Part shown: piece after piece, positions 1 to 8,874 of the stretch | How positions within the stretch are numbered: position 1 is the first letter of the stretch | How the letters are laid out: each line of letters begins with the position of its first letter | Virus record (IMG/VR): IMGVR_UViG_2541047682_000004 | Source of the DNA: a virus | Lineage: Duplodnaviria > Heunggongvirae > Uroviricota > Caudoviricetes | DNA: 37,780 bases | Reading direction: 5' to 3' (one strand) | Made by a program: the position numbers and the translations under genes | Notes under the pieces: model-generated | Seen by the model: only the letters and a program-made list of their open reading frames with translations | Database searches by the model: none | What the model was told of the DNA's origin: nothing

Positions 1-1131
1 TCAAATGACCAGTTTTTTCCATTCCTTACCGCGTGCGTCGTTGTAAATATCGGTCATTTTTTGATTCGAATGGCCCAGCAAAATTTTGGTATCAACCCCC
101 TGCTCTCTGAACAATCGCTCTGATAAAGATCTCTGCTCATGGAAAGAGGGTGGGGTGCCATTAGCACGCCAGTTGTAATCCACAGAATCCCGGGCTTTTT
201 TAAATGCAACGGTTAATGTTGCTGGCTTAACCATCCCGCCGCGCTTAGCTGTCCCTTTCGCGTGATGGTGGTGCAATAGCCACGGACTAAGAACGCAATC
301 GCGGCAGGATGACACCACATCATCTAGGGTGAGATTTAATTTATCGCAACGCAGAGCCAGAGGGATGGCAATCCGGGTTCCTGTTTTTTGCTGTTCGACA
401 TGAAGATAACCATCCCGGATATCCGAAAATTGCATTTTGCAAATATCTGAAAGGCGCTGGCCTGTCATCAGTGCCAGCAGCATACCGCGCTGTAAAAAGT
501 AACCATCCTTTTCCGCTGCGTTATAAATCATCATCCACTCATCAAAAGTCAGTCGCTGTCTTGATATCCGCACCTGCGGTTTTTTTGCCGATTCTGCAGG
601 GTTAAAGCCTGGCGGGACATCGCCCGTTTGCTGAGCTTCCCGGAAAACATCGATCAGTACTTTCCTGAAAATTTGTCCCATTCTGTTATGTCCTCTGGCC
701 TTGTACTCTTCCAGTACTGATACCACATCTTTTACGGTTATGGCATCTAACGGTCTGGTGCCAAAACGTTCATCAAATACCCTGAGAGGGGCCGCTTTCT
801 GTTTCAGCGTGTTGAGTTTGATCTCGCCGTTTTCATATCTTTCCTGTTGAATTTTTCTGTAATTATTCAGAAAAATGGTAACGGTTGATGAACCGCCGGT
901 GTCACTAATAATTTTCTCCTGCAGACTGAGCATTTGTTCCATTTGCTGCCGGGCAAGACGGCTGTTCGCTTCTGCTGCAATAGTTTCTGCCAGTTTCTGG
1001 TCAATACTGCCGAGACCGTGATTTTTGCCTGTTATGGGATGCCTGTAACGCCAGTAAACTTTGTTATTTCTTTTGTCAAAATACGGAGATAATCCCGGAA
1101 CATCGGTTTTATATTTTCGCGGGCGCGCCAT
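1..1131 (-). CDS. int: tyrosine-type site-specific integrase (lambda Int family)
   Basis: 376-aa ORF at the prophage edge; C-terminal catalytic region with R...HxxR...H...Y pattern (RLSD, HEQRSL, LLGHSNQKMTDIY); overlapping xis-like gene upstream. Confidence 0.9.
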   Translation of the reverse strand: MARPRKYKTDVPGLSPYFDKRNNKVYWRYRHPITGKNHGLGSIDQKLAETIAAEANSRLARQQMEQMLSLQEKIISDTGGSSTVTIFLNNYRKIQQERYENGEIKLNTLKQKAAPLRVFDERFGTRPLDAITVKDVVSVLEEYKARGHNRMGQIFRKVLIDVFREAQQTGDVPPGFNPAESAKKPQVRISRQRLTFDEWMMIYNAAEKDGYFLQRGMLLALMTGQRLSDICKMQFSDIRDGYLHVEQQKTGTRIAIPLALRCDKLNLTLDDVVSSCRDCVLSPWLLHHHHAKGTAKRGGMVKPATLTVAFKKARDSVDYNWRANGTPPSFHEQRSLSERLFREQGVDTKILLGHSNQKMTDIYNDARGKEWKKLVI

Positions 1132-1357
1132 CTTCCAGTATCCTCTTCAAAGCAGGGTGATCTGTGGCGATCACCTCCGGCTTGTTTACCATTCCGACAA
1201 AGCGAGCTTGCGGATCCACTCGCCAGCGTCTTCCAACTTTTTTGGGGAGAGGAAATATCATTCCGGCTTTAGTGTATTTACTTAACGTACTCGGAGTAGG
1301 GACCGGTTCACTGAATTCCTCCTTTGCCCACTCAGTGAGCAGAATAAGTCTTGCCAT
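1109..1357 (-). CDS. xis: excisionase / AlpA-like DNA-binding protein
   Basis: 82 aa, overlaps int start by 23 nt; winged-helix Xis-like pattern (LTEW...IFPLPKKVGRRW) resembling lambda Xis. Confidence 0.6.
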   Translation of the reverse strand: MARLILLTEWAKEEFSEPVPTPSTLSKYTKAGMIFPLPKKVGRRWRVDPQARFVGMVNKPEVIATDHPALKRILEDGAPAKI

Positions 1358-1421
1358 GAGCGTCGTTCGCTAATCATGGTCGCCGCCACTATAGCTGGTG
1401 GGCAACGACCGGGGTTGAACA

Positions 1422-3893
1422 TTAAAAATCAGCCTGATTTGGGATCAGTTTTTGCCAGATAGCTGAAACGTATTTTGCCTGGTAACGGGCGTCATCAAGT
1501 GCATTATGGCGCTCACCTTCGAATGGAATAGCCGTTCTGGCATCGAAGTCTATGGCTTTCCCCAGCTCAACGATTGTGCGTACATCGCGATCGTTGTAGT
1601 AACGCCACGGGCAGGGGATCCCCTGCCGTTCGTATGAACGGCGCAAAATCGTGTTGTCGAAGTTGGCTCCATTTCCCCAAACCTGAACAAAAAATTCACC
1701 GGAGTTTTCGTCGATAAATTCCCGCAATTGTAACAGTGCATCATCTAACGGGATTTCATCGGTCATAATGGCAGATTGCGCTTCGCGTGATTGCTTAAGC
1801 CACCATTTAATGGTGTCCCGATCAATGACTCCGCCAGCAGTTTCCAGATCGATAGTCTTACTAAATTCCGGTCCCATATCTCCGGTTTGCGGATCGAAAA
1901 ATATTGCACCTATTGAGATGATCGGGGCATCAGGATTTTTTCCCATGGTTTCAAGGTCGATCATTAGATGGTCACACGTCCTGCTGGTGGATGTGATTTC
2001 GTGATGACCGTTCACCTTAATTGGGTGATCTGCCGTCTCGCCAGTTTCATTATCGCTATTGTGATGCTGATTGCCGCCAGTGTTCTCCTTGTGTGGATGT
2101 TCAGCGCCTTCCATTTCCTCCGGATCATCTTCCTGAACTTCAACCTGATACTCTTCATCGAATGTTTCTTGGTATGTTGCGTCGCCCATCACCGCGCCAC
2201 AATCAGGACAGTTGCCGCCGCCGGTCTGACCGCAGGCGGTGCAGGCTTTTTCCACTTCCTGGTGCGCCACTGGTTCAGGCTGTTTCGTTTCTGGCTCGTT
2301 TTGTAACGCATTTGGACTGTTTTGTTCCGCTTTTTGGTAGTTCCGTTCCGATTCATGCTGGTTCTGGCTCACAGAATCGCGGGTCTGGATCCCCTTAATC
2401 CATTTCGGATCATTCGGGTCACTAATCCCTTCAACAAATTCACCACGTGATGCAGCAAGCAACTTATCGGCGTCAGGCTGGCTGATATTGGCTGCCTGCA
2501 TAATTTTGTTTACTTCGTCAGCGGTAACTTTTATCGGCTCTGGTTGTTCTGAATCTTCAGCGGTATCTACATTTTGCGGTAAGCCCGTGTATGTGCCATT
2601 TTTTCGGGCAAAATATTCTTCTTTTGTGATTTCAGTGGCGCCAGCAGCCAGTGCCTTATCCAGACCAGAAAGTTTGTTTGCGCGACCGTATTTTTCTCCG
2701 TCCTTATCTGCGAAGAGGAAATAGAACGGCCCCTCACGCTCTACAGATGGTTCAGCTTCCGGCGCGGTTTCATTTTTTGGGATATCAGATACCTCAGTTT
2801 CCACTGCATCAGTTTGTGTTTCTGATGACTGGAGAACATCAACAGTGCCCAGGTCTGTTTCTTCATTCTCAAACACGCCCTTTGTCGTCAGGTATTCGCA
2901 GATATATTTGTTCAGTGCTACGGGATCTTTGTGAATGTCGATCGGACGCTCACGGACAAGGCCAAAAATAGTTTGGCGGTCGTAGCGAAGGGCATCAGGC
3001 TGTTTGCGCATTGATGCCGAGATACGCTTCCAGTCTTCGCGGTCGTTGTCGATAACTTCTTTTTTTGCCCAGCGATGGATGCTGCCGTCAATGTTTCCGG
3101 CATCCACATCACCAGGCCAGAGAGCGTAGGCCAGTTCGTCATCCAGTGTTTTCCATGTCTGCTTGTATTCGCGATGAATGGCAGCAATGACCGGGCTGAT
3201 TTTTCCTGTTGAATTTTCAGTGTACTGTTGATTGGCTCTGGCGCGGGCGAGATCAACAACAGACGTGTATTTTCCGGTTTCCTTGCGTTCACCTTCGCGA
3301 CGTTTTTTCCAGATGCGCATCTCTGCCTGAATTTCGGGCCATTTAGCACCAGGAATACATTTATGCTTAACCCACCCAATGGCGTGCAACTTAAGCTCCG
3401 GATACATGGCGTTAACTTCTGGCATTTTCATCAACGCTTCAACGATATGTCCGTCGAATGTTGCCATGTCTTCCTGCAACAATTCCTGTGCGCTAATAAC
3501 CATATCAACGGTGATGTTTTCACATGTGTCGAACTTAACCATGACAGCGTTCTGTACTTCAGGGGCCAGCTTGTCAAAAGTGACGTTCATCGGATCGGAT
3601 TCAGTCTCGACCGGAACAAAGGAAGCAGACGCCTCATCCCAGCGGTTTTCCTGCATATATTCAGCATCCCAGGAATCGAGGGCAGGGCGGGGTATACCGG
3701 GTTTATCCTCGCAAACAAGAAATTTATAAGCGCAGTCCTGAGCAGCCGGATAATGTTCCAGGAATTGCCAGTGAAATTTTGCGCGGGCGCGACGTTCATC
3801 ACCGGCTTCAATGGCAGTGGCTACAGCGACGGCACCTTCTTCCTTTATTGCCTGTTCGTCCGGAATGGCGGCGCAAATAAAGACTTTACTCAT
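1422..3893 (-). CDS. large early-region exonuclease with C-terminal DnaQ-like DEDDh 3'-5' exonuclease domain (often annotated exodeoxyribonuclease VIII-like)
   Basis: 823 aa; C-terminal motifs DLETMG (Exo I), NGANFDNTIL (Exo II), HNALDDARYQAKY (Exo III, H-x4-D); central acidic low-complexity linker and a CxxC...CxxC zinc-ribbon (CTACGQ...CPDCG); GAGGT RBS upstream. Confidence 0.7.
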   Translation of the reverse strand: MSKVFICAAIPDEQAIKEEGAVAVATAIEAGDERRARAKFHWQFLEHYPAAQDCAYKFLVCEDKPGIPRPALDSWDAEYMQENRWDEASASFVPVETESDPMNVTFDKLAPEVQNAVMVKFDTCENITVDMVISAQELLQEDMATFDGHIVEALMKMPEVNAMYPELKLHAIGWVKHKCIPGAKWPEIQAEMRIWKKRREGERKETGKYTSVVDLARARANQQYTENSTGKISPVIAAIHREYKQTWKTLDDELAYALWPGDVDAGNIDGSIHRWAKKEVIDNDREDWKRISASMRKQPDALRYDRQTIFGLVRERPIDIHKDPVALNKYICEYLTTKGVFENEETDLGTVDVLQSSETQTDAVETEVSDIPKNETAPEAEPSVEREGPFYFLFADKDGEKYGRANKLSGLDKALAAGATEITKEEYFARKNGTYTGLPQNVDTAEDSEQPEPIKVTADEVNKIMQAANISQPDADKLLAASRGEFVEGISDPNDPKWIKGIQTRDSVSQNQHESERNYQKAEQNSPNALQNEPETKQPEPVAHQEVEKACTACGQTGGGNCPDCGAVMGDATYQETFDEEYQVEVQEDDPEEMEGAEHPHKENTGGNQHHNSDNETGETADHPIKVNGHHEITSTSRTCDHLMIDLETMGKNPDAPIISIGAIFFDPQTGDMGPEFSKTIDLETAGGVIDRDTIKWWLKQSREAQSAIMTDEIPLDDALLQLREFIDENSGEFFVQVWGNGANFDNTILRRSYERQGIPCPWRYYNDRDVRTIVELGKAIDFDARTAIPFEGERHNALDDARYQAKYVSAIWQKLIPNQADF

Positions 3894-3985
3894 TTTGTTT
3901 TACCTCATTACAGATTTAAGGGTGAACAAATCCCTGCCATTGCTGGCATATAAGAATGAAATCGGATGTTTATTACGGAACTGTT

Positions 3986-4186
3986 TTAAAGACCTGCCGG
4001 GATTTCGTTATTATCCTGGTGAATAACTTTATCGACCGGGTAACAGTTACCGGGAATTTTCTGTTCGGTTGCTGCAGTCACACACTCCTGCATTGTCCTG
4101 TGAACACTGACTGCAGTATCAACTGGCTCTCCGGAAACAAGAAAAACTGTCAGAACAAGTGCAAATGCTGTATTCATTGCCAGCAT
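3986..4186 (-). CDS. hypothetical small secreted protein (signal-peptide-like N-terminus MLAMNTAFALVLTVFLVSG)
   Basis: internal ATG of ORF 3986..4231; hydrophobic N-terminus; weak RBS; AT-rich region. Confidence 0.25.
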   Translation of the reverse strand: MLAMNTAFALVLTVFLVSGEPVDTAVSVHRTMQECVTAATEQKIPGNCYPVDKVIHQDNNEIPAGL

Positions 4187-4362
4187 CCTTTTTGTATCGG
4201 ACGTAAACGGGCCAACATTGAAAGAATGCATATTTTATTTAATAGCTCCCGTTCGTGTTTTCTCTTGTTAATGGCATCTTCAGTAAATACAGGGTTACTG
4301 ATAGTGACACCAATTTCAAAACAACCTTCAGACGTATTAACGTTTGGTAATAACGTTTCCAT
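4174..4362 (-). CDS. hypothetical protein (62 aa)
   Basis: ATG at 4362 preceded by GAGGA about 8 nt upstream; inside ORF 4174..4467. Confidence 0.25.
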   Translation of the reverse strand: METLLPNVNTSEGCFEIGVTISNPVFTEDAINKRKHERELLNKICILSMLARLRPIQKGCWQ

Positions 4363-4927
4363 TATCGCGTCCTCAACAATGAATTTTGTGATGCGGTGCC
4401 TGGTGCTTCCAGGTGACGTTAACCAGTTAACAATTAACGCCGGATACAGAGAATCCACCCATAACACTGTTTTTGGTTTTAACTGTTCCGCGTGCGCTTA
4501 GCCGCATTCACCGCATCACAAAATTCACTTTAAAAAGGGCGGCAGAGCAGTCACGGAGTAAAACTGATACCGCCAAACGTCACCAGAAAATTGATAACAG
4601 AGGGCGTTGCAGCGGGGTTGTCACTTAAGCGTATGGTCAACCTGACAACCCGGTGTCCTCAACGGTGGAAGGAATAACCCCGCCATACTTACCGCCGCGC
4701 CATTTCGCGGATTGCCACAACCGGAAGCGCACGGTCGACGAAAATTTAACGACAGGCTATCTATGAACCAGCTACCTCGCCGTGCGCTTTCGCGTTATGG
4801 TCTGACTTTTCAGGGAAATATCCTTTCAGTAAACTGTCAGTGCCGGATGCTCACCCGTGTCCGGCGCACGCACTCCACCTCACCCGTGGAGAACTCCTTA
4901 ATTACCAACCTTAGCTTCGTTGGTTAG

Positions 4928-5149
4928 CTATTCACGCGGGTATGTAATCATTCTGGCAATGCTTAATGCCGCTGCTTTTTCCAGATTGGTGATATCCTGC
5001 TCCAGAGCGGACAGATTTTCAGCCTGCTTAGCCCTGGCTTCATTGGCCCATTTCAAATCCTGCGCTGCATTAATTTTCTGGCGCATCCACTCATAAAGTT
5101 CATCATTGGTATAGTCTGGCGCGATGATGACGGGTTCTCGTTTCTGCAT
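4928..5149 (-). CDS. hypothetical early protein (73 aa)
   Basis: ORF with GAGGAA RBS; last gene of a compact three-gene leftward string downstream of the repressor. Confidence 0.45.
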   Translation of the reverse strand: MQKREPVIIAPDYTNDELYEWMRQKINAAQDLKWANEARAKQAENLSALEQDITNLEKAAALSIARMITYPRE

Positions 5150-5178
5150 ACTGATTCCTCGCGGTGCTGCTTCGCTTA

Positions 5179-5307
5179 TCAGCCGTTAGATTTTGCCGAG
5201 CTGGAAAGCGCCTGTTTAAACTCACTGAAGCTGAGAGCTTCTTCGCCTTCGGCAAGGCCTTCGAAGTATTCTTCGTAAGCCTTTTCCATGATTGTGTCGA
5301 AATCCAT
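5179..5307 (-). CDS. hypothetical small acidic protein (42 aa, MDFDTIMEKAYEEYFEGLAEGEE...)
   Basis: found by manual translation (below the 60-aa ORF-track cutoff); RBS AGGTGAGTG; start 2 nt after the upstream gene stop, stop about 30 nt before the next gene. Confidence 0.3.
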   Translation of the reverse strand: MDFDTIMEKAYEEYFEGLAEGEEALSFSEFKQALSSSAKSNG

Positions 5308-5308
5308 A

Positions 5309-5545
5309 TCACTCACCTGAGTTTCTTTCCAGCCAGCGACGGGCACCATTTTCGGTTTTAAACGTTTTGCTTTTGGTATACGTCATCGCGGTGAACGTAC
5401 CGTCCTGGTTGGGGAACACGCCACATACCAGAGATTCGCTGTTGCCAAGATCGATAGTATCCATGCTGACCTCATTTCCCCTTAACGCCGGGGTAGCGGA
5501 ACAAAAACCTGCTGCATAGTTATTAAAGTTGAACCCTGCCGTCAT
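5309..5545 (-). CDS. hypothetical early protein (78 aa)
   Basis: ORF with GAGG RBS about 8 nt upstream of ATG at 5545; first gene leftward of the repressor. Confidence 0.45.
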   Translation of the reverse strand: MTAGFNFNNYAAGFCSATPALRGNEVSMDTIDLGNSESLVCGVFPNQDGTFTAMTYTKSKTFKTENGARRWLERNSGE

Positions 5546-5756
5546 GTTCTTACGCCTCGGGCTGGCTACTTAACCCCTGACCACTGCCTGGTAACTAGAA
5601 GTATTGCCCTGCATTCTGTGGGGTGGGGAGAGGGAATGAATTAAGTTTAGAAAAATGAACTTTTCAGGTCAATGTTTTTTTATCAAAACATTTTAAGCAG
5701 GCAGCTGTTAAGCCATCACCACGATGGCATACAGTTAATCAAATAGATGAGGTCGG

Positions 5757-6395
5757 TTAAATATTTTGTTGAATTTTAAAGCATACGCCCAATATGCAAG
5801 ATAGATCATCCAGCATAATTGAAGGGTAGCGAGGATTCGTGGGGACTAAAAGAATATCCGGCCCTTCTATCTCCAGTTTACGAATGACAGGTGTTGTGGT
5901 CCCTTTGGGTAAGGCAAGGACAATATTTCCTGGTTGTACGGTTCGATCGGGATCAACAAAAACTGTTGAACCATTTGGGATGGAAACTCCCCCACCAGAT
6001 GTTGACATACTGTCACTCTCTAGAACAACTGCAAAGGTATTGGCCGGGATTTCTCCGACAAGCTGCACACAAGAGGTTATTGAGGAATTTTTCATATAAT
6101 CACTCCAGCTTGCTGCCTGCTGAAGTGATAGTAGCGGAACCGTTTTTATCGGCGGTAAAGATAGATCAAGCGAATCACCTGTATTTAACTCTCCTCCATT
6201 AAGAAGCCAATTTTCGTTTACTTTCAATATTTTTGCCAGTGAACTTATGTAACGCGAGGACGGCGCTCCTCCACCGTTCATCCATTGACTTACGGAGCCT
6301 TTTGATGCGCCAGTGGCATTGACAAGGTCTTTGCCTTTCAGGTTTAGCGCATGCATACGTTGGGTTATGCGTTCAGATATTGTTTGCTTGTTCAT
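5757..6395 (-). CDS. CI-like prophage repressor (N-terminal XRE HTH, C-terminal S24 LexA-like autopeptidase)
   Basis: 212 aa; HTH segment LKGKDLVNATGASKGSVSQWMNG; C-terminal S24-like region (GNIVLALP...VIRKLEIEG); divergent from the cro-like gene. Confidence 0.85.
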   Translation of the reverse strand: MNKQTISERITQRMHALNLKGKDLVNATGASKGSVSQWMNGGGAPSSRYISSLAKILKVNENWLLNGGELNTGDSLDLSLPPIKTVPLLSLQQAASWSDYMKNSSITSCVQLVGEIPANTFAVVLESDSMSTSGGGVSIPNGSTVFVDPDRTVQPGNIVLALPKGTTTPVIRKLEIEGPDILLVPTNPRYPSIMLDDLSCILGVCFKIQQNI

Positions 6396-6486
6396 GTTTT
6401 GATTTTAAAACACAGATGGTTTTGTTTCTTGACTTTCTTTGGTTTTGATTATTAAACTTTTGGCGTTCAGTTTTATGGAGCGACTC
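6396..6486. promoter_or_regulatory. divergent immunity-region promoter/operator region
   Basis: intergenic between repressor and cro-like gene; TTGACT at 6430-6435; repeated GTTTTGATT motifs at about 6398 and 6452. Confidence 0.4.
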
Positions 6487-6729
6487 ATGAAAAAATCAGA
6501 AGTATTAGGCTATTTTGGCGGAGTTGTTAAAACAGCCGCAGCTCTAGGAACGTCAAAAACCACAGTCAGCATGTGGGGGGAAGAGGTTCCGTGGAAATGG
6601 GCGTTGCTAATTCAGGCAGTCACTGCCGGGGCGCTCAAATATGAGTTACACATACCGACGGTTGTCATTCCCGGTTCTGATCATAATCCGCCTTCTAACC
6701 AAGGGGGGATTCATGAAAATCAAGCATGA
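6487..6729 (+). CDS. Cro-like HTH protein (YdaS-like)
   Basis: start at MKKSEV with GGAG RBS; HTH VLGYFGGVVKTAAALGTSKTTVSMW; overlaps the downstream YdaT-like gene as in Rac ydaS-ydaT. Confidence 0.7.
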   Translation: MKKSEVLGYFGGVVKTAAALGTSKTTVSMWGEEVPWKWALLIQAVTAGALKYELHIPTVVIPGSDHNPPSNQGGIHENQA

Positions 6730-7138
6730 ACACATCCGCATGGCGATGAATGCCTGGGCGCGTCCTGATGGCGAAAAAGTTCCGGCAGCTGGAATAACCC
6801 AGGCTTATTTTGAGTTGGGTATGACGTTTCCTGAACTGTACGACGACAGCCATCCGGAAGCCCTGGCTCGCAATACCCAGAAAATTTTCCGCTGGATAGA
6901 GAAAGACACCCCTGATGCAGTTGAAAAAATTCAGGCGTTGTTACCAGCGATCGAAAAGGCAATGCCACCTTTGCTGGTGGCCAGAATGCGCAGCCACAGT
7001 TCAGCTTATTTTCGGGAGCTGGTGGAGACGCGGGAGCGACTGGTGAGAGACGCTGATGATTTTGTCGCAGTGGCAATCGCCGGTTTCAATCAGATGAACC
7101 GTGGTGGCCCGGCAGGAAATGCTGTGGCAGTACATTGA
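6713..7138 (+). CDS. YdaT-like regulatory protein
   Basis: N-terminus MKIKHEHI matches my recollection of E. coli Rac YdaT (MKIKHEHIESV...); C-terminal ..AVH; RBS AAGGGGGG. Confidence 0.65.
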   Translation: MKIKHEHIRMAMNAWARPDGEKVPAAGITQAYFELGMTFPELYDDSHPEALARNTQKIFRWIEKDTPDAVEKIQALLPAIEKAMPPLLVARMRSHSSAYFRELVETRERLVRDADDFVAVAIAGFNQMNRGGPAGNAVAVH

Positions 7139-7203
7139 CTGACAATAGCCATATCGAATCGCTTCCGGCAACTCGTGAGTAAAAAGATTCGGTATCAGAA
7201 GAG

Positions 7204-8280
7204 GTGAGTATGGCTAACGCCTGGCTCAGATTATGGCATGACATGCCAAATGACCCTAAGTGGCGAACAATTGCCAGGGTGTCAGGGCAGCCAATTGCAA
7301 CAGTGATGGCAGTGTATATCCACCTCCTGGTGAGCGCGTCACGAAATGTCACGCGAGGTCACATTGATGTCACGACAGAAGATTTGGCAAGTGCGCTCGA
7401 CGTGACAGAAGAGGTAATTGATTCAATTTTGCAGACGATGCAGGGGCGGGTACTTGATGGTGATTTAATCACTGGATGGGAAAAACGCCAGGTGCTTAAA
7501 GAGGACAACGGCAATATTTCGCAAACCGCAAAATCTCCTGCAGAGCGCAAGAGGGCGCAGCGAGAGAGGGAAAGAAAGCGGGAACAAAATGGCGATTGTC
7601 ACGGCGCGTCACGAAATGTCACGCACATGTCACGACGAGTCACGACAGATAAAGATACAGATAAAGATACAGATCAAGAAGATCAAAACACTATGGTCCA
7701 TGGCGTAAAAAACGCCACGAACCAGGCAGGGGATGTTCAGACCGTCAATCTTGGTCAGCCAGCAGGCACGACACCGGAAGCCGATTCAGCGTATGCGCTG
7801 AAAGCCGATTCGGGCGCTGTGCAGCAGGTGATGACCGCAAGGCCGGAGCAATCACACCAACTGCAGCAGCCCGAAGCCGATTCCGCCATTCAGCGGGAAG
7901 CCGATCGGGTAGTCCCGGAAAACACCGGGCAGTCTGTGGGACGAGTGGATTATCCGGATGTGTTCGAACAGGTCTGGCGGGAGTACCCGTTGCGTGCTGG
8001 GGCAAACCCGAAGAAATCCGCTTTCAGTGCCTGGAAGGCCAGATTACGCGAGGGGGTGCCACCAGAGGCCATGCTGGATGGCGTGAGGCGTTACGCAAGA
8101 TACTTGGCGGCTACCGGGAAAACGGGAACGGAATTTGTTCAGCGAGCGACGACGTTTTTTGGACCGGACCGGAATTTTGAGAACCCCTGGTTGCTCCCGG
8201 TAAGCGGCACGAACAACCAGCGTTGTGTGAATCATATTTCTGAACCGGATAACGAAATTCCGCCGGGCTTCAGGGGGTAA
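7204..8280 (+). CDS. phage replication initiation protein (replisome-organizer N-terminal domain, lambda O-like role)
   Basis: 358 aa; N-terminal W-rich replisome-organizer-like region (AWLRLWHDMPNDPKWR); direct-repeat iterons plus AT-rich tract inside the gene; sits right of the cro-like genes. Confidence 0.7.
   Translation: MSMANAWLRLWHDMPNDPKWRTIARVSGQPIATVMAVYIHLLVSASRNVTRGHIDVTTEDLASALDVTEEVIDSILQTMQGRVLDGDLITGWEKRQVLKEDNGNISQTAKSPAERKRAQRERERKREQNGDCHGASRNVTHMSRRVTTDKDTDKDTDQEDQNTMVHGVKNATNQAGDVQTVNLGQPAGTTPEADSAYALKADSGAVQQVMTARPEQSHQLQQPEADSAIQREADRVVPENTGQSVGRVDYPDVFEQVWREYPLRAGANPKKSAFSAWKARLREGVPPEAMLDGVRRYARYLAATGKTGTEFVQRATTFFGPDRNFENPWLLPVSGTNNQRCVNHISEPDNEIPPGFRG
7338..7374. 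repeat. iteron cluster 1 (4 x GTCAC[G/A] at about 10-bp phasing)
   Basis: GTCACG at 7338, 7348, 7369 and GTCACA at 7358, inside the replication gene. Confidence 0.6.
7598..7690. repeat. iteron cluster 2 (5 x GTCACG at 10-11 bp phasing) plus AT-rich tandem repeat; putative origin
   Basis: GTCACG at 7598, 7608, 7618, 7629, 7639, followed by GATAAAGATACAGATAAAGATACAGATCAAGAAGATCAAAAC; architecture like the lambda ori inside O. Confidence 0.6.
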
Positions 8281-8320
8281 GTGTTAATTTCTGGTCATGA
8301 GGTAATTTTCAGGAGGGCTT

Positions 8321-8743
8321 GTGGCAAAAGTTTTTACACAAGAAGAGCGGGAAAAAATTAAAGGACAGGTTGTTGAACTCGTACGCCAGAGTGGGCGTGA
8401 GACGTTACGGCAACTGGAAGTCAAGACAGGTGCGACAAGATATCTGATGAGCGTTCTCGCAAGAGAGCTGGTTGCCAGCGGCGATGTATGCAACTCTGGT
8501 TACGGGTTATTCCCGTCTGAACAGGCGCGTAAGGACTGGCAAAATGCCAGTAAAAAGCTCTCAAGGGCAAAGCTGAAGAAACCATCTGCGGTTGATCCGG
8601 ACCTTATCTGGTCATTACCTGACGGAGAAATACGTCGCTACGACAGGCGTCAGAACATAATCTGTCGCGAGTGCCGGAAGAGTGAAGTTATGCAGCGCAT
8701 ATTGTCGTTTTATCAGGGTGATGTTCGGTATTTATTGAAGTGA
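8321..8743 (+). CDS. hypothetical protein (140 aa)
   Basis: GTG start with AGGAGG RBS 4 nt upstream; typical GC content. Confidence 0.5.
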   Translation: MAKVFTQEEREKIKGQVVELVRQSGRETLRQLEVKTGATRYLMSVLARELVASGDVCNSGYGLFPSEQARKDWQNASKKLSRAKLKKPSAVDPDLIWSLPDGEIRRYDRRQNIICRECRKSEVMQRILSFYQGDVRYLLK

Positions 8744-8874
8744 CGAGATTAAAGTGCATTAGTTCAGATGCAAATTGACATTTTGTGGCACAGGGTAGAG
8801 CTAGCGTGGTTGTCCGCTTTGTGCCAATAGCGGACATTGCTGGCTCATGGTATGTTAGTTTAAGGAGGCATGTT

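Noticed and set aside
3956-4501. 181-aa plus-strand Cys-rich ORF
   Set aside because: Opposite orientation to the whole early-left operon, extreme Cys/Asn content, no RBS; minus-strand small ORFs are more plausible.
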